From positions 16,029,615 through 16,093,614 of the forward strand of contig CAVNZM010000002.1 of assembly GCA_963693365.1 (NCBI GenBank): a stretch of 64,000 nucleotides of DNA, read 5' to 3'. The position numbers and the translations under genes are program-made. The DNA comes from Amoebidium appalachense (Eukaryota > Protista > Ichthyosporea). The notes under the pieces are model-generated. The model searched no databases. It saw only the letters and a list, made by a program, of their open reading frames with translations, and was not told the DNA's origin. Shown in pieces: positions 51,282-64,000 of this stretch (the first letter of the stretch is position 1; each line of letters begins with the position of its first letter).

Positions 51282-51648
51282 TATATGAGCGTAATCAGCG
51301 GCATAGTATAGGGGGAGCCATGAGGCTCGGGCAGGGTCTCGGCGGATCTGGTCTCTGCCTATGACTCCAAGTACAAATTCATATGCGTGTGATTGTGGGA
51401 CAATCTCACTCATACATCTCGGCGGCGGGAGTGAGCTCGCCCCGAGCTCATAGCAGTGCGCAGTGGAAAGCGGCTAGGCCATCAGAGGGCGGTCGGGCTG
51501 TCTCTGCTACCATATATGAGCGTAATCAGCGGCATAGTATAGGGGGAGCCATGAGGCCGCGGGCAGGGTCTCGGCGGATCTGGTCTCTGCCTATGACTCC
51601 AAGTACAAATTCATATGCGTGTGATTGTGGGACAATCTCACTCATACA
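51282..51648 (-). mobile_element. Miniature non-coding LTR element (TRIM-like), 367 bp
   Basis: Direct repeats 51282-51416 and 51513-51648 with inverted termini (TGTATGAG...CTCATATA on the minus strand); TSD CCAT at 51278-51281 and 51649-51652; PBS TGGTAGCAGAGA on the minus strand at 51501-51512, complementary to the tRNA-iMet 3' end. Confidence 0.88.
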
Positions 51649-51655
51649 CCATCAA

Positions 51656-51734
51656 TCTTCGGTAGTATATAGTGGTTACTTCTCCGCCTATCGTGATCAC
51701 GCGGAAGGCCGGGATTCGATTACCGGCCGGAGAG
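51656..51734 (+). pseudogene. tRNA-Asp-like gene, probably a pseudogene
   Basis: Resembles eukaryotic tRNA-Asp (TCTTCGGTAGTATA..GTGGTTA..CCGCCT..ACGCGG..CCGGGATTCGATT..CCGGCCGGAGAG) but has a 6-nt insertion in the anticodon loop and a mutated B box; T-rich tract follows. Confidence 0.75.
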
Positions 51735-52521
51735 TCTTCTTTTCCTTTTAAATTTTTTGTTTTCTTTTGTTGCGACAATGTGGCTCTCGGTGTGTGTGCG
51801 TGTGCAGGTGTAGGTGTGCGCGTGTATGCGTGCATGAGTGCGTGTGTATATCTGTCTGTGTGTGCGTGCCTGTGTGAGTATAATTGGGTGGGTGGATGGG
51901 TGGGGGTGGGGGCGGGGGTGTGCGCGGGGAATAAGGTACATTCCAAGCATATGTGAGAGGTGTATGCCCAGTGACTGCAAGTGTTCATCCGTACGTTATT
52001 TAGTGTACACGTACCGCAACCGCCACGGTGACCGTCAAATATATGCTTGCTGTCTGAAGATCCGAAGGGTGCCCAGCAGACAACAATTGGGCAAGGTCCT
52101 TTGCAAAGCTTTGCCCGAAAAATCATACAGCCGTATGTCCGTATGTATGACACTGAGGTTTACTAATCTTTGCTGTTGGACCTTACAGCAACAGCCAAAC
52201 GAAACTATACTGCCTGTGCATACAAAGGCCTTTCCTATCCTTTCAACAGCTTTAGGTTTGACTTATCCACCCCAGCTTAGTTTACATCATACAGGATATT
52301 CACTCCTCTCTCACTGTTGAAGTCAAGCAAAAAGAGTGGTGCAATTCATAAACATTCAGTGGGTGTTCATTCAATTACTTTCGGCTATACAGGAGCAGAA
52401 TAACCATGTGAGAAAGAGTCAGTAGGGCATACATTCCTATCATACGAAAGAGTTACGTGGGATTTAGTTACACAACCAGAAAAACAAATACTTGTACTGT
52501 GCTCATCAAAAACACACGTCC

Positions 52522-53409
52522 CTATTCTGTGCCACTCTCTTGCGCTAGGCCCCTAGAAAAAGACAAGTGCATTGTAAGCCTCATCTTAGCTAAAGGTTGA
52601 GCAACATGGGGTGTTTTGCATCCAGAAAGCAACAGGGCAAGGTTTTCCTTGATGGTAAAACAATCACCCGACTGTGCAACCACCTTGGCCGACTCGTGCA
52701 CAGACCGAGCTACTGCCTCCCACAGCAATCTCTGCCTGTCGTTCTGAAAAAACACCTTGTAGTGGATGGGCTGAGTGCTTGCTTTCGGATGTGTGTTGAT
52801 GTGTCTGACCACTCCCCTATACTCCTTGTCAGGCGGGCTATGGTATACGTCGAGCATGATGTAATCATTATCGTATGTGTACAAGAACGGGCCCCAATGC
52901 GCGCCCTCTACGCCGTTCGGGTTGCTGAGAATATCCACTATCGGACGCCCTTTCGCAAAAACTCTCATCTTTGCGTCATGTTCTGTTTTCAGGTGCTCCA
53001 GCAAGCCTTCGTGCGAGCCTCTCCAACGGCATCGGTTGCGCCTGCTTGGTGAAAAAGACGGGCACTTGATTGGGTGGCAGGGGCAGGCGGCCTCGTGTTG
53101 TTCCAAGTCCGAAAGTTTCAGTCGGATAGCACACCCGGCGTCTGCATAACGGCACGGAAGGGTAGCCTTTCTAAGAATGCCTTCAAGTGCTCTGTTTCGG
53201 CCTTTGCAAGACAGGTCAGCTCGGCAGTTTGGGCACGAGGTAACCTTTCTGGAACAACGATCACAAAAAATGTGCCCCTCATGACACTGCCAAATCGGAG
53301 GGCGGAGGGATTCGAGGCAAACGGGGCAGTCAAGAACGTCACTCAGAAGGTCGCTGCTGTCTTTGTGGACCTCCTCCCCACCAGTCGAAGGGGTCATTTT
53401 GCTACACAT
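52522..53409 (-). CDS. SINA/SIAH-family E3 ubiquitin ligase, single coding exon, 295 aa
   Basis: C3HC4 RING (CPVC..QCHEGHIFCDRC..CPNC), RNRALE, SIAH zinc fingers (PCRYADAGC..HEAAC; CP..CRWRG..HLKTEH) and a C-terminal RLLWEAVARSVHE..GDCF motif. Confidence 0.93.
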   Translation of the reverse strand: MCSKMTPSTGGEEVHKDSSDLLSDVLDCPVCLESLRPPIWQCHEGHIFCDRCSRKVTSCPNCRADLSCKGRNRALEGILRKATLPCRYADAGCAIRLKLSDLEQHEAACPCHPIKCPSFSPSRRNRCRWRGSHEGLLEHLKTEHDAKMRVFAKGRPIVDILSNPNGVEGAHWGPFLYTYDNDYIMLDVYHSPPDKEYRGVVRHINTHPKASTQPIHYKVFFQNDRQRLLWEAVARSVHESAKVVAQSGDCFTIKENLALLLSGCKTPHVAQPLAKMRLTMHLSFSRGLAQESGTE

Positions 53410-54052
53410 GAATAGAGCATGAGTCTGGTGCTATGGTTTGTAATTAAAGCTGGAGTTAAGCGTATAAAAATCAAGTTGGTTTTTGGCGGCTAGTTATCAG
53501 CATGTGTTGGTGGTTGGCGCAAAAAAAAGGGTGCAAAAGAACAAGGCACCTCCAGCATGGTGTGCCGATGAGGGCTACTGGTATACGGCAGAGCTGTATC
53601 TGCGCATAAGAAGGGTGCTGAAAAACAGAGTGATGCGCCAGCAAAATGAATCAGACGGCTAAAGGAAAAGATGCAATCTTTCTTGTCCCTTCATTTCGTT
53701 TTCATGAGTGCGGAACAGGGTCACGACACTAACACCCTGACTCTATAGCATCTCTTACCCGTGTGTGTTATTGATTGAGGTTTAAAAAGCCGAACTTCTA
53801 TTCACTAGTAACACAAGTCGCTCTTCAACTCGCTTCTTATACCATGCACACTTAGGGATGTATAACAGGTCAACGTGTTACACAACGTGAATTCTTCCGA
53901 AACGAAACCACTCATGTATCTTTGTCTTTGACTTGAGTCAGATGATCGCCGCACAGAGAGTAGTCCAAAAATGTTGCTGCCGTACCTGGCATTTCTCATG
54001 TTCCTGGTTTATAAAGAAAAAATGACGGACAATTACCCTGAGGTAAGACTAT

Positions 54053-54143
54053 AAATGACGTCATTTCAGTCAGCGGCCCAATCAAAATCTTAACTGTTGA
54101 CCAATGAAAACGCTGCACGTAAACCTTCTGCAAGTATATAAAC
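54053..54143 (+). promoter_or_regulatory. Putative SIL1 promoter: CRE palindrome, CCAAT boxes, ERSE-like element, TATA box
   Basis: AAATGACGTCATTT at 54053-54066; CCAAT at 54078 and 54101; CCAAT-N9-GCACG at 54101-54119; TATATAAA at 54136-54143, ~70 bp before the ATG. Confidence 0.55.
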
Positions 54144-54213
54144 CAAGCAGCCCTGACTGTTCAGAGTGTTCAGTTTTCATGTTTTGCTTTTCCGCAGACC
54201 TTCCTGCGAGCTG

Positions 54214-55051
54214 ATGGCGAAAATGAGGCGGAGGTTGTTTGCTCCTGGTTTTTTCCTTGTATTTTTGGCTTTGTTGAGTCTCCGCACCGCATCGGCAGAG
54301 CCACCTGAAACACAGGTAGGGCTACACTTTCTCTCTGGCAACATTTACCATCACAAGGCAACTTTAGTGTCCCTCACTATGTACTCAGATGGCCCTAGAC
54401 CTTCTCCCTCCACTCGGCCACACACCCTCATCTACCTACCAATTGCCGTCACTCTCAACCCCCCATAGGATCCAATCTCTTCACTGTCCTGTTTTTCGTC
54501 GCCCCTGCATCGTCTAGGGTCTAACTGTGCTTGGGTTGTTTGAAGCACGGGTACAGATCTCACTAACTGTTCACGGCTCTGAATGCGCAGTGTTATGTTT
54601 TAGTATCTTCCCAAAACTGCAACCACTTGTCACGTGTTTGTTGTCTGACAATCATCAATCTGCCTCTATGTGAATAACTGTTTTCTTGCCTGATCTCAGC
54701 TTTGGGGTGTCCCGCACTTTGTCTGCTCTGTTTTGCTTTTATGCATCAGAACATACAGAGAGCTGGATAGGCGAACCAATCCTTCATGCCAACTGGATAA
54801 CTGATATCCATACCTACATCTGTGCGTTTTTGCTGCAGCAACAGGATGAAGCCAAGAAGGTGTTTGTGCCCACACACGAGTGGCAGACTATTGAAGAGGG
54901 CCAGGCCATACCGGCGGGGCTGCACGTGAGAATGGACCTGCAGACGGGAAAGAAGGAGGCAAAGCTCATGGATCCGGAAGGTGTGTGTGTGTGTGCGGGC
55001 GCATGTGTGTCTGTGTGTTAGTGGGTGTGGGTGGTGGGTGGATGGTTGTGT

Positions 55052-55099
<48 letters not shown>

Positions 55100-57890
55100 G
55101 GGCGGGGAATTTACAAAGGTGTGTGTGTGTGTTTGGGGAGGAGGGGGGTGGGGGAAGAGGAAGGAAGTGGGTGAGTTGGGGGGGGGGGGGAGGGAGGAAG
55201 AGAAAGGGAGTGAGTGAGTGGATGGGTGGTTAGCTTAGTTAGGACGTTGAGGAGGAGGATTAGGAGAGAGGTAGGGAGACGGCTGGTAGAAATGGTGTGT
55301 ATGAGACCAAAATTCATTCGGTTTATGTAGGAGTGACAAGAGGCGCTGCTGCAACCATGTGCTCTGGGGACGAGAGGGATGGTATGCTAGAAGAAGAGGA
55401 GGAAGGGGGGGGGGGGGGGGAGGGGGAGGAAGGGGTGGCGAAGAAGGGATCAAGACCGCAAAGGAGGTTGTGAGGAGATAGAGGAATGGAGGTGATGGAA
55501 GCCTGGGGTAAGGCAGGGGAGGGAAAAGGGGGGGGGGGGGGGGGGAGTGGCTGACGCTGGCACAGAGGCATGCATGGTACCTTTCCCGCTTTTTTTTCCT
55601 TCTTCTTTATCCGATAACTTCTTTTACTGGGTGGGGGGGCGGGAAAAGGGAAAGGGGGGGGGGGGGGTAAGTTCACATCAAACCTTATTAGGGGGCGAGG
55701 GGGGGGGGGGAGGAGGTGGGGGCTGGCATAATGAACAAGTGAACATTTTCGACCGGAAAGACTGATGGGCACGGTGTACTTTCTGCTCTGTGTATGTTGG
55801 TTCTTTTTTCTTATTCTTCTCTTTCCTTTCTTTTTTTTTTTGTGTGTGTGTTTGTGTTAGCGGGAGTAGGGGGGGGGGGGGGGGGGGAAGGCTGCCTTAT
55901 ACCAGGCGACAGAAGAGTACATGTGATTGGCAATATGCATGAGATTCTGTCGATGGGGGGGGGGGGGGAAGGGGAAGGGGGGAGGAGAGAGAGTGTGTGT
56001 GTGCGTGCAGAGAAGAGAGCAATGTGAGAGCAAAAGACATAAAACCAGAAAGGGGGAGGGGGGAGGGGGGGGGGGGGGCGGAGACGACGGAGGGGGTTAG
56101 TGGGATATGAAAAGGTCTGTGGTGCTGGTGGCAACTGTTCAGTGCGGCTCTCGGGGGGCGGGGTTGAGGTGTGTGTGTGTGTGGGGAGGTTCCGTGCATG
56201 TGCGTGTGTGTAGGGATGTGTATGTGTGTGCTGGGGGAAGGGGGCAGGGGCCTTACGCGCTTGCTGGGTGAAAATGAAGTTTAGGTCCTTGCCCCGTTGT
56301 TCTCCACTCCACTTCCCACACATTTGGAGAAAAAGAATAATTCACGGAGACAGGCAAGTAGGGCTGATTGTACATACTGTTTGTACACAGACAACAAAGT
56401 AAACAAGTTGCAAGGCCTAACGATCATCGACACACCACGGCCACCAAAGAACAGAGGAGACAGCAAAGAGAGCGTAGATGATCCAAATGCAAACCCCGAT
56501 AGTTCGGATTTGGATTCCACCGGGGATTTAGGAACGAAAATACGGTTTGTTAACCCGGAAGACGCATCCCAAACGAATAAGAAGAAGACTTGGAGCCAGG
56601 AGGACACCATGAAAATGACGTTGTTGTCGACTGGATTGCTGACTGGGACGATAGAGAGCAGGCTGGAAGTGTTGAAGGTGTGTGATAATATCAGTTTCCG
56701 TGCGCACTTGCATGTGGCCTATTCGAACCATTTATTTTCTTTAACAACTTCATTGTTCCTTTTCTTGTTCCCCAGCGTTAATCCAAGTTTTTACCATCCG
56801 GTTAGCCCCTTTCCCCCAGACTTTTCTTTTCTCTTCCTGTGTGCGTTGACTGGGAAATAGTAGTGGCGGCTATGCAAATATGGTGGTTGTTTCATGTGTT
56901 CCCACTAGCAGAAGGAAAGAAGGAAGAATGAGAGCGGGGGGGGGGGGGGGGGGGGGAGGAGGGGGGAAGGGTGATCTGGTTCATAAGCTGCTGAAAGAGA
57001 GACCGATAGATTCGTCGAAAGCATGGTAGAGTGTCTATAGGTGTAGATGTGGGTGTGAGGGCGGGACGGCATGGGATCGAGATATCGGGGAGGTATAAGG
57101 AAAGGGCAGGGATGTGTTTTTGGCAGAAAGGGCCAGGGGTATGGGGGCAAGGAGGAGAGGGGGGTATGCAGGGAAGGAGGGTTGGATGCAAGGTGCAGTG
57201 CTTGAAGGACTAGGGTTAGACGGAAGGCAGGAAGTGTGTGCGTGCAAGCGTGTGTGCGTGCATGTGTGTGTGTGTGTGTGTGTGCGCGCGCGCGCGCGCG
57301 TGCGGCACACACGTGCATGCATGCGTGTGCATATGCATGGCAGGGTAATGTCACTTTTTTTTTCTTTTTTTTTTTTGAGGGGGGGGGGGGGGGGGGGGGG
57401 GGGAGCGGGCGGGGACGTGCGATGTTCGGCTGCTGTTTTTTTGTAGCCAGATACTGAGATTTTTTGTGATTCCAGAGCCTGGAGGATGAGGTGCATGACC
57501 TTGAGCAGGCCGAGATCTTCATGGGTGTAGGGGGGGTAGAGGCCCTCGTGTCCTTGGCCAATCACACCGATGAGGCTTTGGCTTCAATGGCTGCCCTTGT
57601 CCTGGGCTCTACCGTGCAGAGGTATATATACTCCATCCCCCCCCCCCCCCCTCCCCCGGGCAATCACAGATCCTCCTTCTCCCCCCTTCCCCCCTCTACA
57701 CCCACCTTCCCCTCTTCCCCACCCCCCCCCTTTCCCCCGGGTCACATCCCCGCCTCCGGGTGCCGCACAAAAGCTACACCACCACCCTTACACGTACTCT
57801 GTCTGCGTCTCCCCACCCCCCGTCCCCTGCCTACGTATTGACACCCAACCACACACGCACATAAACACGCACACACACACACACGCACAT

Positions 57891-57940
<50 letters not shown>

Positions 57941-57981
57941 CGTACTGACACCCAACCACACACACACATGAACACACGCGC

Positions 57982-58030
<49 letters not shown>

Positions 58031-59403
58031 CACGCACACGCACACGCACACGTACACGCACACGCACACGCACACGCACACGCACACGCACACGCACACG
58101 CACACGCACACGCACACGCACACGCACACGCACACGCACACGCACACGCACACGCACACGCACACGCACACGCACACGCACACGCACACACACGGCCACG
58201 GCCACGGCCACACTTCTAGGCCCCCCCCCCCCCCTTCTCACCGCCACTGCCACCATCTGCTGACCCATTCTCTGTCGTTCTCGATTTGCACACACCACCA
58301 CCCCGGCCACTACCTAGTTGATCTTGCGTGGCTGAAGCCCCCATCCTCCCCCCCCCCCCCCCCCCCCCCCCCCCCTTCCCCTGCCCTCCTTTGCCCTTCC
58401 TGTTTCTACCTTGAGAAACCAGTTCCTCATTCCCTCGGCACTTTGTCACCATTTTGTTTCTCCCCTCCCCCTCCTGCCCCCCCCCCCACCACAACCACAA
58501 CCACCCCTGCCCCCTCCCCCCCCACAACACACATACACACACCCACCCACACCCACACCCACACACACACACACACACCCACACACACACACACACACCC
58601 ACACACACAAACAACACACCCACACACACCACCACCACCGTCACCATCACAATTAACAAAAGACAACAAAGGAAAAGGAAAGAGAAAAATACGGTAAAAA
58701 ATAAAACAAACTCTAAGAAGAATGAAAGCTGAAAAATAAAAACAATAGCTCTGGTGTACTCAAGCCATCTTGCACAGCAGCCCACAAGTGTCCTTCACTA
58801 ATCCTTCCTCCCCCCCCCCCCCCCCCCCTCTCCCCTGCCCCTCTCTCACTGTGTGTGTGTGTCTCTCTCTCCCTCCCCCCTACGTCTCCACCTCCCTGTT
58901 CCTCTCTCTCTCTCTCTTTCTCTCCCCCTCCCCCCCCCCTCCCCCCCCCGCGCTCTCTCTCTCCCTCCCTCCCCCCATCCTCTCTCTCCCCCCTCCCCCC
59001 AACCTACTCCTACATCCCTCCCCACACACATCTGCCACAAACCTCCAAACTCATTCATCCGCTGTGCATCACTTTGACGCTCCTCCTCACACGCAGTCAT
59101 CCCAAGCTCCAATCAAAAGCCGTAGAATCAAACGCCGTGCCCGTTTTGGTTAACCTCCTCGAGAGACGATTGGACGCACAGTCCAGTGAGCAAACATGCA
59201 ACCGTGCCCTGTATGCACTCTCTGCCCTTTTACGGAGAACACCCGTTGCACAGCGCCAGTTCGAAGCACTCCAAGGCCCAGCCCTCCTCGTTAAAGTGTT
59301 TGAGTCTCTACCCGTGGGGTCCCAAAGCAGGGTCAAGGTGATGCTCTTTGTGGCTGATTTGTTTTCAGAGGACATGGAGGATGTAGGAGTCCCCCCCCCC
59401 CCA

Positions 59404-59456
<53 letters not shown>

Positions 59457-59647
59457 TCACACACACCACCCCCCGACCGACCCACCCACCCACCCACCCA
59501 CCCACCCACCCACCCACCCACCCACCCACCCACCCACCCACCCACCCACCCACCCACCCACCCACCACCACCACCACCAAAAAAAAAAAAAAAAAAAGGA
59601 AGAAGAGAAGGAAGAGAAAGAAAAGAAAAAGGAAAAAGAGAAGAGAG

Positions 59648-59684
<37 letters not shown>

Positions 59685-60019
59685 GGGGGGGGGGGGGGGG
59701 GAGGGAGGGGGAACAAATAAAAACAGCGGAGAAAGAGAAAAAGAAAGAAAGATTGTAAAAGGTGTCCGTGATGCATATATTTAATACCATATCTCTATGA
59801 CTATCTTGTGCATGACAAAATCGATTTAGCCTGCAAGCTTGCTGCATGCCCTGGATGTAGCTAGTATTTTCCGGCATTTTCATGGGTTACAAGGAGTTCA
59901 CCGGAATTAAACGTGAATGGGCTACCTTGAAACGGGATTTTTTCATGTTGTTTTATTCCCGTCTTATCTTGCCCTTATTTTGTATTTTGTGTACACCTAT
60001 AGAGGCCTTTCCCTCTACT

Positions 60020-60069
<50 letters not shown>

Positions 60070-60155
60070 GGGCTCCCTCTGTTACACACCACACCCACAC
60101 GCACAAGCACCCAAGCATACACACACCCACATCTGTACTTACATAGACGCACACG

Positions 60156-60243
<88 letters not shown>

Positions 60244-61613
60244 CACATACACACACACACATGGACGCACATGTGCACACACATGTACACACACGTTCAA
60301 ACACGCACATACACACACACACATGCACACATGCGTGGGGGCACACACACGCACACACACACGCACACAGAAACTCACACACACACACACATACACACAC
60401 ACACGTGCACGCATGTGTGAGGGCGCACACAAGCGCACAAGCGCACACGCACACAAAAACTCACTCACGCACACTCGCGCGGGCGCACGCAGCAATTGTG
60501 AAGGTAGGGTGACCACGAAGTCATATCACGTTGACATACTCCGAACGAAACCCACAGAAGGTTTCCGAGCTGGATATGCATGAGCAAGCCGACCAAAAGG
60601 GCGGCGCACAGGTTGCACTGCACTGCCTACGTTCGACCAATCAGCAAACAGAAACAGGTGTGGAAAAGAAGGACGAAGAAGGATCTAGCAACATCCAATC
60701 ACAGTGTGCTCAGATCATGAAGATGGGAAGTGGGCACTGGCTAGGACTGGGGGCCAATGGCTGGTGCCGGGCGGCGGTCAGGCAGGCACAGAGGGTGGTG
60801 TCGGTGGATGACGCACAGAAGGTGTGTGTGTGTGTGTGGTGGGTGGGTGGGTGGGTGGGTGGGTGGGTGGGTGGGTGGGTAGGTGGGTGGGTGTGGGTGT
60901 ATTGTGTGTGTGGGTGTGTGCGTGTGTGTAAGGGGGGAGAAGGGGGGGCATGCCCGGTTTGATTTCCGATGGGCTCCTGGCCATAGACATACGGGGTTGC
61001 GTACACGCTGTGATAAATATATTGGGTTGGGGTTTGAACTATGGGTTTGCTGATCCACATGTTTAAATTTGCACTGTGTTAGGCTGATTTGATACCTGCC
61101 ACCAGGCTGCACATCCGGGTGGGGTTGTGGTTTCATGTTCGTCGCACTCTTCTTTGTAACCCCCCTTCGCCCTCCCCCCCCCACCCATTCATCCCGTTCA
61201 TCATGGCTTTTTCGCAAGAATCCCTCTTTGGGCGTTTTTGTGTTTGTGTGATAAGTGTGTGGGGAGGGGATGGCCGGGGAAAGAAGGGGGGGGGGGGGGG
61301 GGGGGAGGGGGGGGGGGGGGGGGGGGGGAAGGAATCAGATATGCAAGTGTTACTTAGACGTTTGACGTAATGCTTGGGAGTTGGGGAGCCAGGGGGGTCT
61401 GGCAGAGAAAGTCTGGAATAATCAAAATATTTGAATAATACACACTGACCCACACGCCCACAGGCGCTAGAGGTTCTTGATGCGCTCGCCCCCGGCTGTG
61501 TGCACGTGTATGGGACAGACACAGACACCATGCATGCACTGGGCAAGCTGGCAGAGGGGTGGGTGGAGGATGCAAAGACAGAGACGGATGAGCAGTGGAA
61601 AGGCTTGCTCGAG
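54214..61613 (+). CDS. SIL1: ER nucleotide-exchange factor SIL1, final exon not found
   Basis: Signal peptide in exon 54214-54315; signature [35 protein letters not shown] at 54839-54980; further exons 55331-55381, 56391-56677, 57476-57621 ([19 protein letters not shown]), 59097-59382 ([10 protein letters not shown]), 60558-60821 and 61464-61613. Confidence 0.9.
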
Positions 61614-61666
<53 letters not shown>

Positions 61667-62100
61667 GGCGTGTGCGTGTGCGCGCGCATGCGCGTTTTTT
61701 TTCTCTTTTTCTTTGTGTGTGTGTTTGTATCATGACGTGTCCGTACACGGTGCATACACGCCTTTGAATGTGTGTATATGGGGGGGAGCGGGGGGGGGGG
61801 GGGGGGGGGAGGGTCATGGCGAATGTTCGTGCACCATGTGCCTGTGCTTTCTTTGGGTGTGTGTGTGTGTGTGCATTTGTGGGCTCACTGAGCGACTCCC
61901 CCTTTTTTGGTGTTGGTGTTGGTGGCGGTGTTTTTTTTTTTTTTTTTTTTTTTTTTCCCCAAAGGGGGAGGAGGATGGGAGTTTTTAAAAGGAAGGCTGT
62001 GGTGGTGGTGGTGGTGTTTTTTTTTTTTTTCCTTTTCTTTTGTTTTTTTTGGGGGGGGGGGTTGTCTGTGTAAAAGGGGGGGGGAGGGGGGTTTGGGTGT

Positions 62101-62131
<31 letters not shown>

Positions 62132-62135
62132 GGGG

Positions 62136-62280
62136 TTTTGAATGCGTCAAAAAGTACGAAGTACACAAGAACAAACGGATAACACGATGCAGAATGCAAG
62201 CCATACATAAAGAGTATGCATAATAAGCAGAGGGGGGGGGGGGGTTTGAATGCGGAACACAGTACGAAGTACGCATAGAC
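62136..62280 (-). mobile_element. Truncated family A (62136-62232) and family B (62245-62280) 3' ends in tandem
   Basis: Reverse complements of both 3' termini, each abutting poly-G on the plus strand. Confidence 0.85.
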
Positions 62281-63846
62281 GGGGGGGAGAATGTCAACAG
62301 CATGGATTGTTGTTCAATTCACTTGTACGTAGTGTCTCAACGGCAACACACTGACATGCGCCTGGAGGGACATCCCCTCCCTGGGTTGCATGCAGTTTGT
62401 CAAGCAGGCATGTGCAACGATCATGTTTCAGTCTAGCTTCTGCACGTGGTTGGACATACATACACACCCACACACATTCACACCTATACTATGTATGTAC
62501 ACACACAGACGGGTAGGTGCGCACACATCTTTTTTTTTTTTAATATCGAATAATATATAGACATACGCACATGTACAAGCATGCACATACGAATACCCGC
62601 ACACACACACTTTATACTAATGCATACACACATCTTTATGGCATCTAACATGATGTTTCCATACAGGGATTGGTTCTTCGTGTGCACACCCTCGTCAAGT
62701 TATCCGAGTCTAAATTGGACGGCACGTGTGACTCGGACACATGCTCATAAAACTACACAATCTTTTTCATTTACTAAGTTTCTCAACTAAATGATAGCTT
62801 GACACAACTTGAATGTGTATGTTATGGTGGCCCGGGAATCGTACACACGTAAACAATTTACACTTTCTCTTATCTTTTATTTGACACATGCACACATGTG
62901 CATCCTTCTCAGTCATTCGTATGATCACATCATCACCCACAGCTGTGCACTAGTAATCGTGTAACACGTGCCGTGTCTTTTCATATGCACACTTGAATCC
63001 TCGGCAAATTTGCTCATATCTAATCTACCCAATAGCGGTTTGTGGTCATACGTCAACACAGTGAAGGTAACCTTTCTCTTAATTATTGCTGTAGTGGGTG
63101 GTAGTCTACAATAGCGGGAAACGGGAAGCTATGCTTATGACTTCTTTCTGAAACTTACCTTTTGGTTTCTTCTTCATTTCTTTAAAGGCGAGTGGGGAAG
63201 GGACCAGGAGAGCGGAGGAAAAGTGTAAGGGGAAGGGCGGGAAACCCGCATGTACAGTACCAATAGTATGAATGCTTAAAGATTATGTGTTGGATTTAAA
63301 ACAGTGACACGTGCGCCTGCTCAAGCAAAACGTATGAGATACAAAAGCAGTGTGTACATAGATGTAGCTTAGTGCGAAATTGGGATTGTGAATAAACGAT
63401 ACCAAAAAAAACTTGCCGCTAGTGTAAGACCAGCACCGTGCCATGTCCCCCCCCCCCCTCCCCCCAACACACACACACACACACGTGTTAAACGGCAGGG
63501 TGAAATGTGTGTGCACGTGTGTGGGCGGGCGGAAACTATGAAAAGATCGTGTATCACCCCACCCCATCCCCATACCACCGTTACCACACACGCACGTACA
63601 CGCACGCGCGCACACCGGTCCCACCACTACAAAAAAGAGAACGAAGTAAGGTTCGGAAGGGAGAAATAAAAAAAAGGACCGAAGGTTTAAACATGCATCA
63701 AAAAGCGAGAGGACAACTTAAAATCTTTGAACTGTCCGGTGCAGGTGTTGTCTTGAGTGCATTTGAGCTTTCGCACCAAAAACCACCTCAGGCAGCTAAT
63801 AACAACCACATCACTTTATGTGCAACGTGTGTGAAGAAGGCATGCG

Positions 63847-64000
<154 letters not shown>

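Noticed and set aside
51282-51648. LTR retrozyme (hammerhead-containing TRIM)
   Set aside because: No CUGANGA...GAAA core on either strand.
62943-62996. Candidate last exon of SIL1
   Set aside because: No similarity to SIL1 and no ER-retention signal; the true end is unresolved and may lie beyond the window.

Overview
Intron-rich eukaryotic DNA, probably from a unicellular protist (inference). Introns are packed with (CA)n/(GT)n, (GA)n and poly-C/poly-G tracts, so most of the ORF track is microsatellite noise. Real genes: (1) a 5'-truncated DNA polymerase alpha catalytic subunit (POLA1, about 40 exons, 436-24221) containing a U12-type AT-AC intron and a GC-AG intron; (2) four near-identical intronless genes for an unknown 214-aa secreted protein, arranged as two head-to-head palindromic pairs, the second pair inside an ~8.4-kb duplication that also carries a pseudogenised POLA1 3' end; (3) a dual-specificity phosphatase; (4) an intronless SINA/SIAH E3 ligase; (5) SIL1, whose last exon was not found. 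Mobile DNA: two related families of 5'-truncated elements that end in GCATTCAAA directly against poly-C tracts and share a covarying RNA rod structure; a 367-bp miniature LTR element (4-bp TSD, tRNA-iMet PBS) 7 bp upstream of a tRNA-Asp-like sequence; and a tRNA-Ser relic lacking its anticodon arm. All calls come from manual reading; no database searches were run.
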